DNA of 64,000 bases from Candidatus Elulimicrobium sp. (GTDB lineage Bacteria > Patescibacteriota > Minisyncoccia > Phycocordibacterales > UBA918), in the NCBI GenBank assembly GCA_020720815.1, contig DYNY01000003.1:1002-65001 (forward strand). The letters are read 5' to 3'. The notes under the pieces were generated by a model that saw only the letters and a list, made by a program, of their open reading frames with translations, searched no databases and was not told the origin of the DNA. This document shows, one piece after another, positions 46,851 through 56,321 of the stretch. A program made the translations under genes and the position numbers. Every line of letters starts with the position of its first letter. Position 1 is the stretch's first letter.

Positions 46851-47237
46851 TTAGTTTTTAGTAAATGAGGCTGGAGTGTACACAAACGATCTTTCTATTC
46901 GTGTCTCTCGGCCGTACCTATCTTTTGCTCGCAGGGTAGCTACAGTATACCCGTTTTCCAAGACAAGTGCTTCTGTAAAATGCCCGGCTTCATTGGTATA
47001 AATTGGTCGCTCATTGAGCCAGAGGTGGGTAATATTGTAGGCGGTTCCACTGAGTTCTACTAGACGAGTATTATTGTGAATGAGTGGTTCATTTACAAGT
47101 ACTATTTGTGGTCCTGCAATCATAAATCTAGCCTGAAATAGCACATAAACACCAACCACCACTAATAAAATAATCAAACCAACAAAAATCAGAATTGATC
47201 GAAATTCAAAGCGGGGTAAAGAAGTACGAGGTATCAT
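46851..47237 (-). CDS. Hypothetical membrane-anchored protein
   Basis: N-terminal TM helix. Sits between ftsK and recA on the same strand. Confidence 0.35.
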   Translation of the reverse strand: MIPRTSLPRFEFRSILIFVGLIILLVVVGVYVLFQARFMIAGPQIVLVNEPLIHNNTRLVELSGTAYNITHLWLNERPIYTNEAGHFTEALVLENGYTVATLRAKDRYGRETRIERSFVYTPASFTKN

Positions 47238-47243
47238 AGCTGG

Positions 47244-49469
47244 CTAATTTTCTTGCTCATTTTGACTTACTTCACCGTCATTACCGTCATTATTTTTTCC
47301 TATCAAAATCTCGCGTGGTCTAGCGCCGTCGGCTGGCCCAATCACACCTTGTTCTTCTAGTAGGTCTATTAGACGAGCCGCTCTGGAATAACCAATACGT
47401 AGTTTGCGTTGTAAGTATGAAGTTGAAGCTTTACCAGCTTCCATGACTGCGTATTTAGCATCATCAAGTAATTCATCATCACTGTCCACATCATCACCAT
47501 TAAGAGATACCATGAAAGAGTTGGCGTTACCAACACCGTCCTTTTGTTCATCTAAGTCGATAGTGTCAAGCGTGTGATCGCTCTGATCTTTTAGATAAGC
47601 GACCACTTTTTTAATCTCATCACCGGAGATATAGGCTGATTGGATACGAATCAGCCTAGAACCTTCAGAAGAAAATAGCATGTCTCCCTGACCTAGTAGT
47701 TTTTCAGCTCCCATCTGGTCGATAATTGTGCGGGAGTCTATTTGTGAAGCGACGTTTAGGGCAATACGAGTCGGAATATTGGCCTTGATTGTGCCAGTTA
47801 TAACATTTACCGATGGTCTTTGTGTAGCTAATAGGAGGTGTATACCGACGGCGCGACTCATCTGGGCTAAACGGACGATCAAGGCTTCTAGTTCTCGTGG
47901 ATACGCTTGCATTAAGTCATTAAGCTCATCGAGGATAATAACAATATATGGTAGGGGTTCGGGCAGGCTTCCTTTTTCTTCTTCCAGACTCCCTCTTTCT
48001 TCCCAGGCTTTTTTAGCTGGATGGTAAACTTTACTATGATATAACTCTAAACCTTGCACACCTTCGGTCTGTAGTATGTCGTAACGACGAGCCATTTCTT
48101 TCACCGCCCAAGCCAAAGATCGAATCGCTTTTTTTGGTTCAGTAATGACTGGAGTCAAAAGATGGGGAATACCGTTATAGAGGGTAAGTTCTACACGCTT
48201 GGGGTCTACTAAAATAAAACGTAATTGTTCTGGTGAATTTCTGAAGAGTAGGGAAACAATCATATTATGAATTGTGACAGACTTACCCGATCCGGTTGTA
48301 CCAGCAATAAGTGCGTGGGGCATACGGGCGATGTTGGCAAAATGTACGCCACCAGCCACGTCCTTACCAAGGGCTATTAAGAGTGGACGAGGTGAGTCAG
48401 TGTACTCGGGACTTTTCAGGATTGAAGCTAGGCCAACGATAGAACGAACGGCATTTGGTACCTCAATACCAACGAGCGACTTTCCTGGTATTGGGGCTTC
48501 GATACGGATGGTACTAGCCTTAAGTGCTAGTTGTAGTTCTTGTTGGAGAGCGACAATACGGGAGATGCGTACACCTTGGGCTGGTTTCAGTGAGTAGCGG
48601 GTGATAGCTGGTCCACTTTCAACGGCATCCATTTCGACATTAATACCAAACTCCTTGAGGGTACGTTTGATGATGAGTGAGTTGGCTTTTACATCACCTG
48701 CTACCGCCTTACCTTTATCTTTATTGAGTAGCGATAAAGAAGGAGGGATATAGAGACCACTAAAGTTTTTGACCACTATATCATTTAAGTTTCTGTTGGC
48801 ATCTACCATCTCAGTCATCTTACTAGTGACTGCCTCGAGACCCTTTTTTGCTTCCTCACTTGGATTTTTGTTATCCTCGGAAGTTACAGTTTCATGAGGA
48901 GTCTGTTCCAGCCCAGATAAGTCTAAATCAGCTAATCCTAAATCATCTTCTTCGACATTAAGATTTTTATCTTCACGCTTTCCAAGACGAGGCAAAGTTA
49001 GTCCAGTATTGAAGCTAAGGAAAATGGCAATAAGAATAAAACCAATTAGCAAAACCCCGGTTACCATTTCACCTACCAAAAAAGATAAAGGGTAGGTGAG
49101 TGATAGACCAGCTATGCCACCTAGGTCACTTTGGTACAGTTCAAAGAGAGCTAAAACAGAGATAAAGAAAAGTGATATACCAAGTACCTTAGAAATACTG
49201 ATCCGTTCATCTTCACGTGGATTCATTAAGACAAAAACATAAAATACACAAGCCAGTGGAGCAAGCCATGCTCCGGTACCAAAGAGCCAAGTCAAGCCCA
49301 TACTAGTGTAGTCTCCTGCTCGTCCAGCATAGCCTAGAAGCGAGAAGAAGAAGAATATACCAAGTACCCCTACAACTACCGCGCCGATGGCTTGTTTGGT
49401 TTGAGGAGATAGGTCATCAAAGATGGGCGTTCTCTCTTTTATTTCGACGGGTCTTTTCTTTCGTGCCAT
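47244..49469 (-). CDS. ftsK: DNA translocase FtsK/SpoIIIE
   Basis: N-terminal TM helices, a linker, then an ATPase with GTTGSGKS and the gamma domain …SYLQRKLRIGYSRAARLIDLLEEQGVI…. Confidence 0.9.
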   Translation of the reverse strand: MARKKRPVEIKERTPIFDDLSPQTKQAIGAVVVGVLGIFFFFSLLGYAGRAGDYTSMGLTWLFGTGAWLAPLACVFYVFVLMNPREDERISISKVLGISLFFISVLALFELYQSDLGGIAGLSLTYPLSFLVGEMVTGVLLIGFILIAIFLSFNTGLTLPRLGKREDKNLNVEEDDLGLADLDLSGLEQTPHETVTSEDNKNPSEEAKKGLEAVTSKMTEMVDANRNLNDIVVKNFSGLYIPPSLSLLNKDKGKAVAGDVKANSLIIKRTLKEFGINVEMDAVESGPAITRYSLKPAQGVRISRIVALQQELQLALKASTIRIEAPIPGKSLVGIEVPNAVRSIVGLASILKSPEYTDSPRPLLIALGKDVAGGVHFANIARMPHALIAGTTGSGKSVTIHNMIVSLLFRNSPEQLRFILVDPKRVELTLYNGIPHLLTPVITEPKKAIRSLAWAVKEMARRYDILQTEGVQGLELYHSKVYHPAKKAWEERGSLEEEKGSLPEPLPYIVIILDELNDLMQAYPRELEALIVRLAQMSRAVGIHLLLATQRPSVNVITGTIKANIPTRIALNVASQIDSRTIIDQMGAEKLLGQGDMLFSSEGSRLIRIQSAYISGDEIKKVVAYLKDQSDHTLDTIDLDEQKDGVGNANSFMVSLNGDDVDSDDELLDDAKYAVMEAGKASTSYLQRKLRIGYSRAARLIDLLEEQGVIGPADGARPREILIGKNNDGNDGEVSQNEQEN

Positions 49470-49753
49470 AGGTAAAATGTTCAGTATTTCTTAAGTGATT
49501 ACGCCAATAATACCATGAAGTATGGCTATAGGGTTGGGGAAAGTGTCACTATCACTACAAGTTTTGTGCCTTGCACAGGGCCTTTTGGCTGGCCTACATT
49601 GGTACCCCACAAAAAATTAGGTTTCACTAAAAGACAATTAAACAGCCTTGCAAATAAAGCAAAATGTCCTTATAGTAGTACTTAGACCTTTAGCTCAAAA
49701 AGACAGATTTATCAAAGACACACAAGCCAAATAAAAGACTATTAAAGACAGAT

Positions 49754-50488
49754 ATGGATAAAGATAACCCGTTTGCAGTTAAAAGACTTTCCGCCAATAA
49801 TGAGTACTATAGTAATGTTTTCAAAAAGACAGAAAGAACTGTCTCGGTAGTCTTTTACATATTGTCTTACATTGAACGAAACGAACAGACAGAATTCCAT
49901 ATAAAAGTCATGAGTGAAAAAGCCATGCAAGTGCATGAAGCCTCACTGGCTTCTTTGTCCTTATATGAATATGAGGCGCGCGAAAAAATATTTCCTTTCC
50001 AGCAAGCCTTAGTCGCACTTGAGGGTGCTTTTCGGATCGGCAACGCCGCCCGGGTCCTTAATGATGAGGTGCTTGTTTTACTCCTTACGGAAGTAGATTT
50101 GGTTCAGCGTTATCTCCGCAATCACTTCGCCATTCAGCTCCCACAGTCTGTGCGCGAGTACAATTCCCTCATTGCCTCCCCGAGTGAGCCATCTCGTCCC
50201 AATCGTCTTTATCGTGAGAATATTGCACCGAGAGCTTCGCGGGTAAACATTCCGAAAGGGGACATTAGCTCTGATGCCCATATGGTCTATAGTCAACTAG
50301 TAGATCGCTCCGCCCGCATAAAGACAGTCCTTGAAGCTAAACCTGAAGCGACGATAAAAGACATTGCGGAAGTAATAACTGATGTTAGTGAAAAGACAAT
50401 TCAGCGCGAGCTAAATAGTCTCATAGAAAAAGGACAAGTGATAAGACAAGGAGAAAGGCGTTGGTCTAAATACTCAATTGCGAAGTAG
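49754..50488 (+). CDS. Hypothetical transcriptional regulator with a C-terminal winged HTH (DeoR-like)
   Basis: …ATIKDIAEVITDVSEKTIQRELNSLIEKGQVIRQGERRWSKY. N-terminal domain unrecognised. Confidence 0.4.
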   Translation: MDKDNPFAVKRLSANNEYYSNVFKKTERTVSVVFYILSYIERNEQTEFHIKVMSEKAMQVHEASLASLSLYEYEAREKIFPFQQALVALEGAFRIGNAARVLNDEVLVLLLTEVDLVQRYLRNHFAIQLPQSVREYNSLIASPSEPSRPNRLYRENIAPRASRVNIPKGDISSDAHMVYSQLVDRSARIKTVLEAKPEATIKDIAEVITDVSEKTIQRELNSLIEKGQVIRQGERRWSKYSIAK

Positions 50489-51425
50489 TGAATATTTGTC
50501 TCTTATTTATAAAGAACATTGAACAACTGGAGAACTGGGACAGAGTATAGGGTTCATAGACATGAAACAGGGATGATTCCTCGGTTGGAGCGAAATTCAA
50601 GAGATACGAAACGCAGGAGATTTCTCGGTTGTAGCGAAGCGGAAAACGAGGAATTTCCTGAGTGAGTGTCTCTCTTGCACACCCTCTTTTTCCGTGTCGT
50701 GATGCAATTATGGTCGTAAGAAGTGACTACCTAGTGCGTCATAAGAGAAAGGAAGATAGTGTTGTTTTTATTGACGTTTGTTCTACTTTCACGTAATGTG
50801 GCAGCAGAAATCTGTCCATATCACCTAGGCTATATGGTTGTTTGGCCCCTTGTGTTACTTAGCTTAGTGCTTAGTTAGTTTCGTATCACATCCTGGACTA
50901 AGCAATCCACATCTAGCTTGGATAAATGCGGTTGGAGTTTGTCAGTCTTCTGCTATACTTCCGAGTGATGCGCTTATGCGCTTTTTTCTAAAGTCGGTCT
51001 GTGTTTTCCTCTGGGAGAGGAAAACCACCCGAAGCTTTACGACAGGAGAAAGCCGTAAGAGTCGTTATGTTCTTTAACAAACATGTTGCTTTGCAACATG
51101 GGTAGCCGGGAAACCAAACTACTTTCATATCTATAACCACCACCCTGTGCGCAACCTAATATTATATTCATATAATATATAATTATGAAGCACGGACTAC
51201 CGCCTCACTTTTTCCTGCCTTGGTTGCCTATGACAGACACGCAGTCCTTCCTTACAGCTAATCTTTACGTCGCGAGATGTAGAGTTAGTGATATTTCGTA
51301 AGGTGGCGTGATAAACCACTTTATGAATATGAATTAATTCATATTATCAGCCGTTATCAAACTAATTAGCTCGCGCAAGTGAGCACACGCATTAATCCTG
51401 CGTAAAAAAACAAATTACTTAATAT

Positions 51426-53444
51426 ATGACTATTGCAAAAGATTTTGCAGCAAAGGCTTCTGTAGCTTTCGTTGCAGCCGCAATGATCTTCTCAATGATT
51501 GCTCCTGCTGCGCAGGCACAGTCAACAGAGGACTTGCAAACGATGATTAACACACTACTTGCTCAAATTGCGTCTCTACAGGCACAAGTTGGACAGGGAG
51601 GTACATCAGTAGCTTCAGGTGTTTGCCCATACACATGGACACGTGACCTTTCAACCGGTTCAACCGGAGCTGACGTTATGAAACTACAACAGTTCCTAAA
51701 CGCTGACGCTGATACACGAGTAGCAGCTGAAGGTGCAGGTTCAGTAGGTATGGAGACTGAGACTTTTGGTCCAGCTACTGCCGCTGCTGTTTCTAAGTTC
51801 CAGGTTAAGTACCGAGCAGAGACCCTATCACCAGCCGGATTAGTAAATCCAACTGGCTACTTTGGTCCAGCTTCACGTGCTAAGGCTAACTCACTTTGTT
51901 CAGCTCCGGTGGTAACACCAGTAGATGAGACAGATGAGGATATGACTGACGATGAAGATACAGAATCATCTGATCTTTCAGGTGAGGCTTCACTTGATTC
52001 ATTTGAAATAAATGACGGAGATTCAACTATTGAGGAAGGAGATTCAGATGTTGTTATCGGTGAAATCACAGTTGAATTCACAGATGGTGACGCTTCAATT
52101 TCACGACTTGATGTGACTCTAGACGGTCTTGCTTCAGGAGCAAAGCCATGGGACGCCTTTGACACTCTATCACTTTGGGTAGATGGCGAAATGGTGGCTG
52201 AAGTAAATGCTTCTGATAAGGATGACTACACCACTGAAAGTACAGGTATGATTCGTTTCTCAGGTCTAGACATTGTTGCTATGGAGGATGAGGCACTAGA
52301 CATTACTGTTGGTGCTTCAATTCAAAACAATCTTGATACTGAAGAACTTACATCTTGGGATCTTAAGGCTGTAGCAATGCGTTACTTTGACGCAGATGGT
52401 GTAGCAACAACTGAAGATGCAACTCCAGTTACAGATGATACTGCAACATTCGAAATTCAAACAGCTGGAACTGACGAAGAATTGAAATTATCTCTCGCTT
52501 CATCAAATCCAGATTCAACTGACATTGTTGTAGACACAGATGTTGACACTAATGATGTAACCATCATGGTGGCAGATCTAGAAGCTGTTGACAATGACAT
52601 TGAAATGACTACAGTTGTTGTAAAGGTAACTACAGTTGCTACAACTACAACTAACGTTGTTGATGATGTTCGAGTTGTTATTGATGGACAAGAGTTTGAT
52701 GCGGAACCACTAGGATTGCTTTCAGCTGGAAAGTCACAAGCAAGTACTACTGGTAATTTCGTACAATACCTCTTCGATATCGATGGTGATGTAATTATCG
52801 ATGAAGATGATACTGTCGAAATGGAAGTGGTGGTTGATCTTAACGATACCAATGATGGTCTACGTTATGTTAACGGCACAACTATCAAGGCTGAAGTTAC
52901 TTCAACAGAACGAAATCTATGGGTAGCTGAAGGTGCTGATGATCTTGGTACTTCACAGTTCAATGGAACGGCAGTTGGTGATGCTCATACACTAGTAGCT
53001 GAGGGTATCATCGTACCAGTAGACGGCTTCGAATCAGAAGTTGATACTCTAGGTACAAATGACACTATCGGTGAATTCACACTTACATTTGATGTAACAG
53101 CTGTAGAAGGAGACTTCTATGTTACTGAATTTGCAAGTACAAGTGCTACAACTAATGGTGTTCAATTCACAGTTGATGGAACTCTAGGAACAGGAACTAT
53201 TTCTGCTTCAATGACTTCAACTGGTGATGAGGATACTTCGGGAGTATTCACAGTACGTGAAGGTGAGACTGAGACATTCACTTTGACTGTTACAGTTGAC
53301 CCACAAGCTACTGGTACTTTCCGAGTTGAACTTAACGAAGTATGGTACTCTGCAGAAGTAGATGGAACAACTACTTCAGAGATGTATATACCAACCCCAG
53401 TTTCTGACTTCCGAACTGCTTCACAAGCTATCCAAGGTGCTTAA
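51426..53444 (+). CDS. Secreted protein with a peptidoglycan-binding (PG_binding_1-like) domain and a long, extremely acidic D/T/V-rich C-terminal region
   Basis: Signal peptide and a coiled-coil. …TRDLSTGSTGADVMKLQQFLNADADTRVAAEGAGSVGMETETFGPATAAAVSKFQ… Then ~480 aa at roughly 25% Asp+Glu. Confidence 0.5.
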   Translation: MTIAKDFAAKASVAFVAAAMIFSMIAPAAQAQSTEDLQTMINTLLAQIASLQAQVGQGGTSVASGVCPYTWTRDLSTGSTGADVMKLQQFLNADADTRVAAEGAGSVGMETETFGPATAAAVSKFQVKYRAETLSPAGLVNPTGYFGPASRAKANSLCSAPVVTPVDETDEDMTDDEDTESSDLSGEASLDSFEINDGDSTIEEGDSDVVIGEITVEFTDGDASISRLDVTLDGLASGAKPWDAFDTLSLWVDGEMVAEVNASDKDDYTTESTGMIRFSGLDIVAMEDEALDITVGASIQNNLDTEELTSWDLKAVAMRYFDADGVATTEDATPVTDDTATFEIQTAGTDEELKLSLASSNPDSTDIVVDTDVDTNDVTIMVADLEAVDNDIEMTTVVVKVTTVATTTTNVVDDVRVVIDGQEFDAEPLGLLSAGKSQASTTGNFVQYLFDIDGDVIIDEDDTVEMEVVVDLNDTNDGLRYVNGTTIKAEVTSTERNLWVAEGADDLGTSQFNGTAVGDAHTLVAEGIIVPVDGFESEVDTLGTNDTIGEFTLTFDVTAVEGDFYVTEFASTSATTNGVQFTVDGTLGTGTISASMTSTGDEDTSGVFTVREGETETFTLTVTVDPQATGTFRVELNEVWYSAEVDGTTTSEMYIPTPVSDFRTASQAIQGA

Positions 53445-53495
53445 TCTCTGATTAAGACCGCGGACTGCTAAGAACAGTACGTAGTTAAGAAAAGG

Positions 53496-53522
53496 AAAAA
53501 CCCCTTGCGGGGTTTTTCTTTT
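53496..53522 (+). terminator. Rho-independent terminator
   Basis: aaaaaccccttgcggggtttttctttt. Confidence 0.65.
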
Positions 53523-53600
53523 GTCCAAATTTTACCTATAGCTACCCGAAGATAGGTGGCAGGCACCTCCGGAAGGCAAAATCTGTTGTATAATATTTCC

Positions 53601-54245
53601 ATGGCCCGTGCTCCTCGCATTGATATAGCAGATTATCAATATCACGTTCTAAACCGAGCTAATGCCCGTACGCAGATTTTTAATACTACTGAAGATTATC
53701 GACTGTTTATGGAGATACTCACAGATACGGTAGAATTTTTGGACATGCGTCTGCTGGCTTTTTGTTTAATGCCAAATCATTGGCATTTGATTTTGGAACC
53801 AAGAGTTGATGGAGATTTGTCTCGCTTCATGGCTCGCCTTACCAACACTCATGTTAAGCAGTATCAAGCGAAGCATGAGTCAGTGGGGATGGGACATCTC
53901 TATCAGGGTAGGTATAAATCTTTTACGATTGAAGAAGGTCAATACTTCTATACTGTCTTGCGTTATGTTGAACATAACGCTTTAAAGGCAAAACTATGTC
54001 CGCGGGCTGAGGATTGGCCGTGGGGAAGTGCCTACCTGCGAGCAAGGGGCACTACTAAATTACTCTCACCTTTGCCGATAGATTTGTCGGCAAATTATCT
54101 AATAGATTTAAATGCACCACTTTTTGCGTCTGAAGAAGAGGCAGTAGAATTGAGTGAAAACTGCAGCGTTCCATACGCTAGTGCTGTTTGGCAGGATAAT
54201 TTGAATGTTATTGTAGAACAAAAGACGACGGGTAAAATATTGTAA
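53601..54245 (+). CDS. REP-associated tyrosine transposase (RAYT), an IS200/IS605-like Y1 HUH transposase of the COG1943 family
   Basis: HUH motif …MPNHWHLIL. …LYQGRYKSFTIEEGQYFYTVLRYVEHNALKAKLCPRAEDWPWGSA aligns with E. coli RAYT (…IWQRRYWEH…YIHFNPVKHGWV…DWPWSS). The start is taken at MARAPRID. Confidence 0.8.
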   Translation: MARAPRIDIADYQYHVLNRANARTQIFNTTEDYRLFMEILTDTVEFLDMRLLAFCLMPNHWHLILEPRVDGDLSRFMARLTNTHVKQYQAKHESVGMGHLYQGRYKSFTIEEGQYFYTVLRYVEHNALKAKLCPRAEDWPWGSAYLRARGTTKLLSPLPIDLSANYLIDLNAPLFASEEEAVELSENCSVPYASAVWQDNLNVIVEQKTTGKIL

Positions 54246-54262
54246 AACAAAGTTTATATAGT

Positions 54263-54424
54263 ATGAGACACGTTTTTAACCTCACAGAAGAAGAACTTGA
54301 AATTGAAGCTGAATTTGAGCGTGGAGAATACGAGTCTGTGCCGTGTTTGATCGAAGAAAGGCTTCGTCTTAAGCAGACTGCTAGAAATACTATAGCTCGA
54401 AAAAGAGGCAGGTTCAAATTTTAA
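54263..54424 (+). pseudogene. Truncated BrnA-like antitoxin remnant (N-terminal region only, RHH domain missing)
   Basis: MRHVFNLTEEELEIEAEFERGEYESVPCLIEERLRLKQTARNTIARKRGRFKF matches the BrnA N-region (…EEExLLxAFERGEWKSV…AARNTLxKDKR…) but stops before the ribbon-helix-helix part. Confidence 0.3.
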
Positions 54425-54471
54425 GGACCCAACCCATTTACTTAGTGTACATATAAGTGTACACTTGATAC

Positions 54472-54720
54472 ATGAATACAAAATTTATTGGTATTAAAGA
54501 TTTTCGTCAGAATATGGCGCAGTACGCCAAAGAAGCTCGTGCCAAGAGGAGTCGTCTTGTTGTTACTAGTCGCAATACTCCTCTCTTTGCAATTGAGCCT
54601 TTTGAAGAGAGCGAGAATTATGAATCTCTCTATAATAAATTAGTAAAGGCTAAGTCTGATTTGGCGGCCGGACGTACCTACACTGAAGAGGAGATAATGA
54701 AAGAATTCGGGGTGCGTTAG
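54472..54720 (+). CDS. Phd/YefM-family antitoxin
   Basis: …IGIKDFRQNMAQYAKEARAKRSRLVVTSRNTPLFAIEPFEE. Upstream operator-like repeats agtgtaca…gtgtacac at 54441-54466. Confidence 0.7.
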   Translation: MNTKFIGIKDFRQNMAQYAKEARAKRSRLVVTSRNTPLFAIEPFEESENYESLYNKLVKAKSDLAAGRTYTEEEIMKEFGVR

Positions 54721-54729
54721 TCTTTTAGT

Positions 54730-54993
54730 ATGCGTGTCGAATATTCAGCTGAGACACGTAAAGATTTAAAAGCTCTTGATAAGGCCATAGCAGCCAGGAT
54801 TATTAAAAAAGTATCCATCTATGCTTCAGCTAGTGACCATCGAAAGCATGCTAAGTCTCTAACGGGTAGTTTTAGAGGCTTTTACAGATTTCGTGTAGGT
54901 GATTATCGGGTAGTCTTCTCAATCTCTGAAGAAGGAACAGTCTCCATTATTATTGTTATCTTAATCGCTCACCGAAAAGATGTGTATTGGTAA
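54730..54993 (+). CDS. RelE/ParE-family toxin
   Basis: …FRGFYRFRVGDYRVVFSISEEGTVSIIIVILIAHRKDVY. Lies 10 nt after the antitoxin. Confidence 0.7.
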   Translation: MRVEYSAETRKDLKALDKAIAARIIKKVSIYASASDHRKHAKSLTGSFRGFYRFRVGDYRVVFSISEEGTVSIIIVILIAHRKDVYW

Positions 54994-55049
54994 GTTTATA
55001 AAAGATTAGGGGATTTTGTATAAAGCTGGATTTAAGCTAATATAGTCAT

Positions 55050-55580
55050 ATGCTTAAAATAAAAAAAATATTCCTATTAGTTATTATTGCTTTTGTGTCT
55101 TTGCCACAAATTTCTTCGGCTTACCTTACCACTGAACAAACTGCTACTAAGCTAGATGCCAATACCTTCTTATTTACGGTTACTTACAAATTTGGTTTTC
55201 TCAACCGCGAACTGCGGATGCCGATTGGGGCGGTGCGCGGAGTTTCGTTTGGTGCCACTTCACCTTTTGCCGGATACGTAATCCAAAATGATGGAAAGAT
55301 GGTGGTGACTAAAGGGGAAGCTCATTCGATTGTCTTAAGTGGTGCCAAAGTGATAGATAATGAATATTATCTACCACCTGGTAAGGCCAGTAACTTTACC
55401 TTGATCACAGTCCTGAATCTCACACCAGAGATGATAGCGGTAGCCGATGAAGAATCGCGTCTGTCTCTCCTTATAACTTCGTTACCTTTCACTATGATTG
55501 ATAAAGGGAAGGATATTCCGGCTAGACTGAATCCTTCAGAGTTGCAGTACTATGTTACACCGGAATTAAGTATCAAATAA
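55050..55580 (+). CDS. Hypothetical secreted protein
   Basis: Signal peptide. No family recognised. Confidence 0.4.
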   Translation: MLKIKKIFLLVIIAFVSLPQISSAYLTTEQTATKLDANTFLFTVTYKFGFLNRELRMPIGAVRGVSFGATSPFAGYVIQNDGKMVVTKGEAHSIVLSGAKVIDNEYYLPPGKASNFTLITVLNLTPEMIAVADEESRLSLLITSLPFTMIDKGKDIPARLNPSELQYYVTPELSIK

Positions 55581-55623
55581 TACTCTTCTCCCTTGGGTCC
55601 TTTCTAATAAAAAGTGACAAGTA

Positions 55624-55657
55624 AAAACCCCGCGCCTACTATGGCGCGGGGTTTTTA
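55624..55657. terminator. Hairpin terminator
   Basis: aaaaaccccgcgcctactatggcgcggggttttt. Confidence 0.65.
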
Positions 55658-55673
55658 CTTTATTTACTCTGTA

Positions 55674-56009
55674 TTAGAGAGTGATTGCTCCGCTAGCGTC
55701 TTTTGGTTCCGCATCTTCCTTTGGTAGACGAGTCTCGCGACATTCAGTCTTCATGGTTTGTTTAAATTCAGCCCAAGCAGCTTTTCGATCTGTTTTAAGT
55801 GCCACATGTGCTTTCTTGCTAGCATCCTTCCAATTTTTCCATGAATTCTTTAGAGCAGTAGCTCTTTCTTTTACGTTAGTAATTTTCCAAGACTCTACCA
55901 GGGCATCTTTACGTAAGGTCAAGGTAGCGGTAATTGAAGTATTGAACTCTGCCCAAGACTCGATAATAGCCGTCTCACGGTCTAGAACAGCTCCTTGAAC
56001 ACAACTCAA
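55674..56009 (-). CDS. Small K/W-rich helical protein (111 aa)
   Basis: Repetitive …SWKITNVKERATALKNSWKNWKDASKKAHVALKTDRKAAWAEFKQ…, coupled to the upstream signal-peptide ORF. Confidence 0.35.
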   Translation of the reverse strand: MSCVQGAVLDRETAIIESWAEFNTSITATLTLRKDALVESWKITNVKERATALKNSWKNWKDASKKAHVALKTDRKAAWAEFKQTMKTECRETRLPKEDAEPKDASGAITL

Positions 56010-56188
56010 GTCTGTTGTTGGTCGAGAGAAATGGCAGTGGTTGAAGCCATAGCTCGGTTTTTCATTATACTTATATCACTAATACTCACTTTAGCTTCTG
56101 CTTGAGCCTGTGGCATAGCCAATAAGATACTAAACAGAGTGGCCACGAACGCTACAACAACAATATTTTTAGTAATAGTTTGTGTCAT
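56006..56188 (-). CDS. Small secreted protein (60 aa), translationally coupled to the next ORF
   Basis: Signal peptide MTQTITKNIVVVAFVATLFSILLAMPQAQA. ATGA stop/start overlap with the downstream ORF. Confidence 0.35.
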   Translation of the reverse strand: MTQTITKNIVVVAFVATLFSILLAMPQAQAEAKVSISDISIMKNRAMASTTAISLDQQQT

Positions 56189-56321
56189 TTTCTTTAATTA
56201 ATTTTGGTTTAATGTACCTATTAAACCAAGTCTGGCAGGTAATCGCAACCATAAAATTATGAACAAGTGGTCACTATTTGGTTTCCTTGGTGTTAGTATA
56301 GGTAAATAAGACAAAATACTC

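Noticed and set aside
54208-54481. Two minus-strand ORFs (69 and 75 aa) between the RAYT and phd genes
   Set aside because: They are antisense to the BrnA-like remnant and the phd promoter region, and their translations are low-complexity and S/F-rich.
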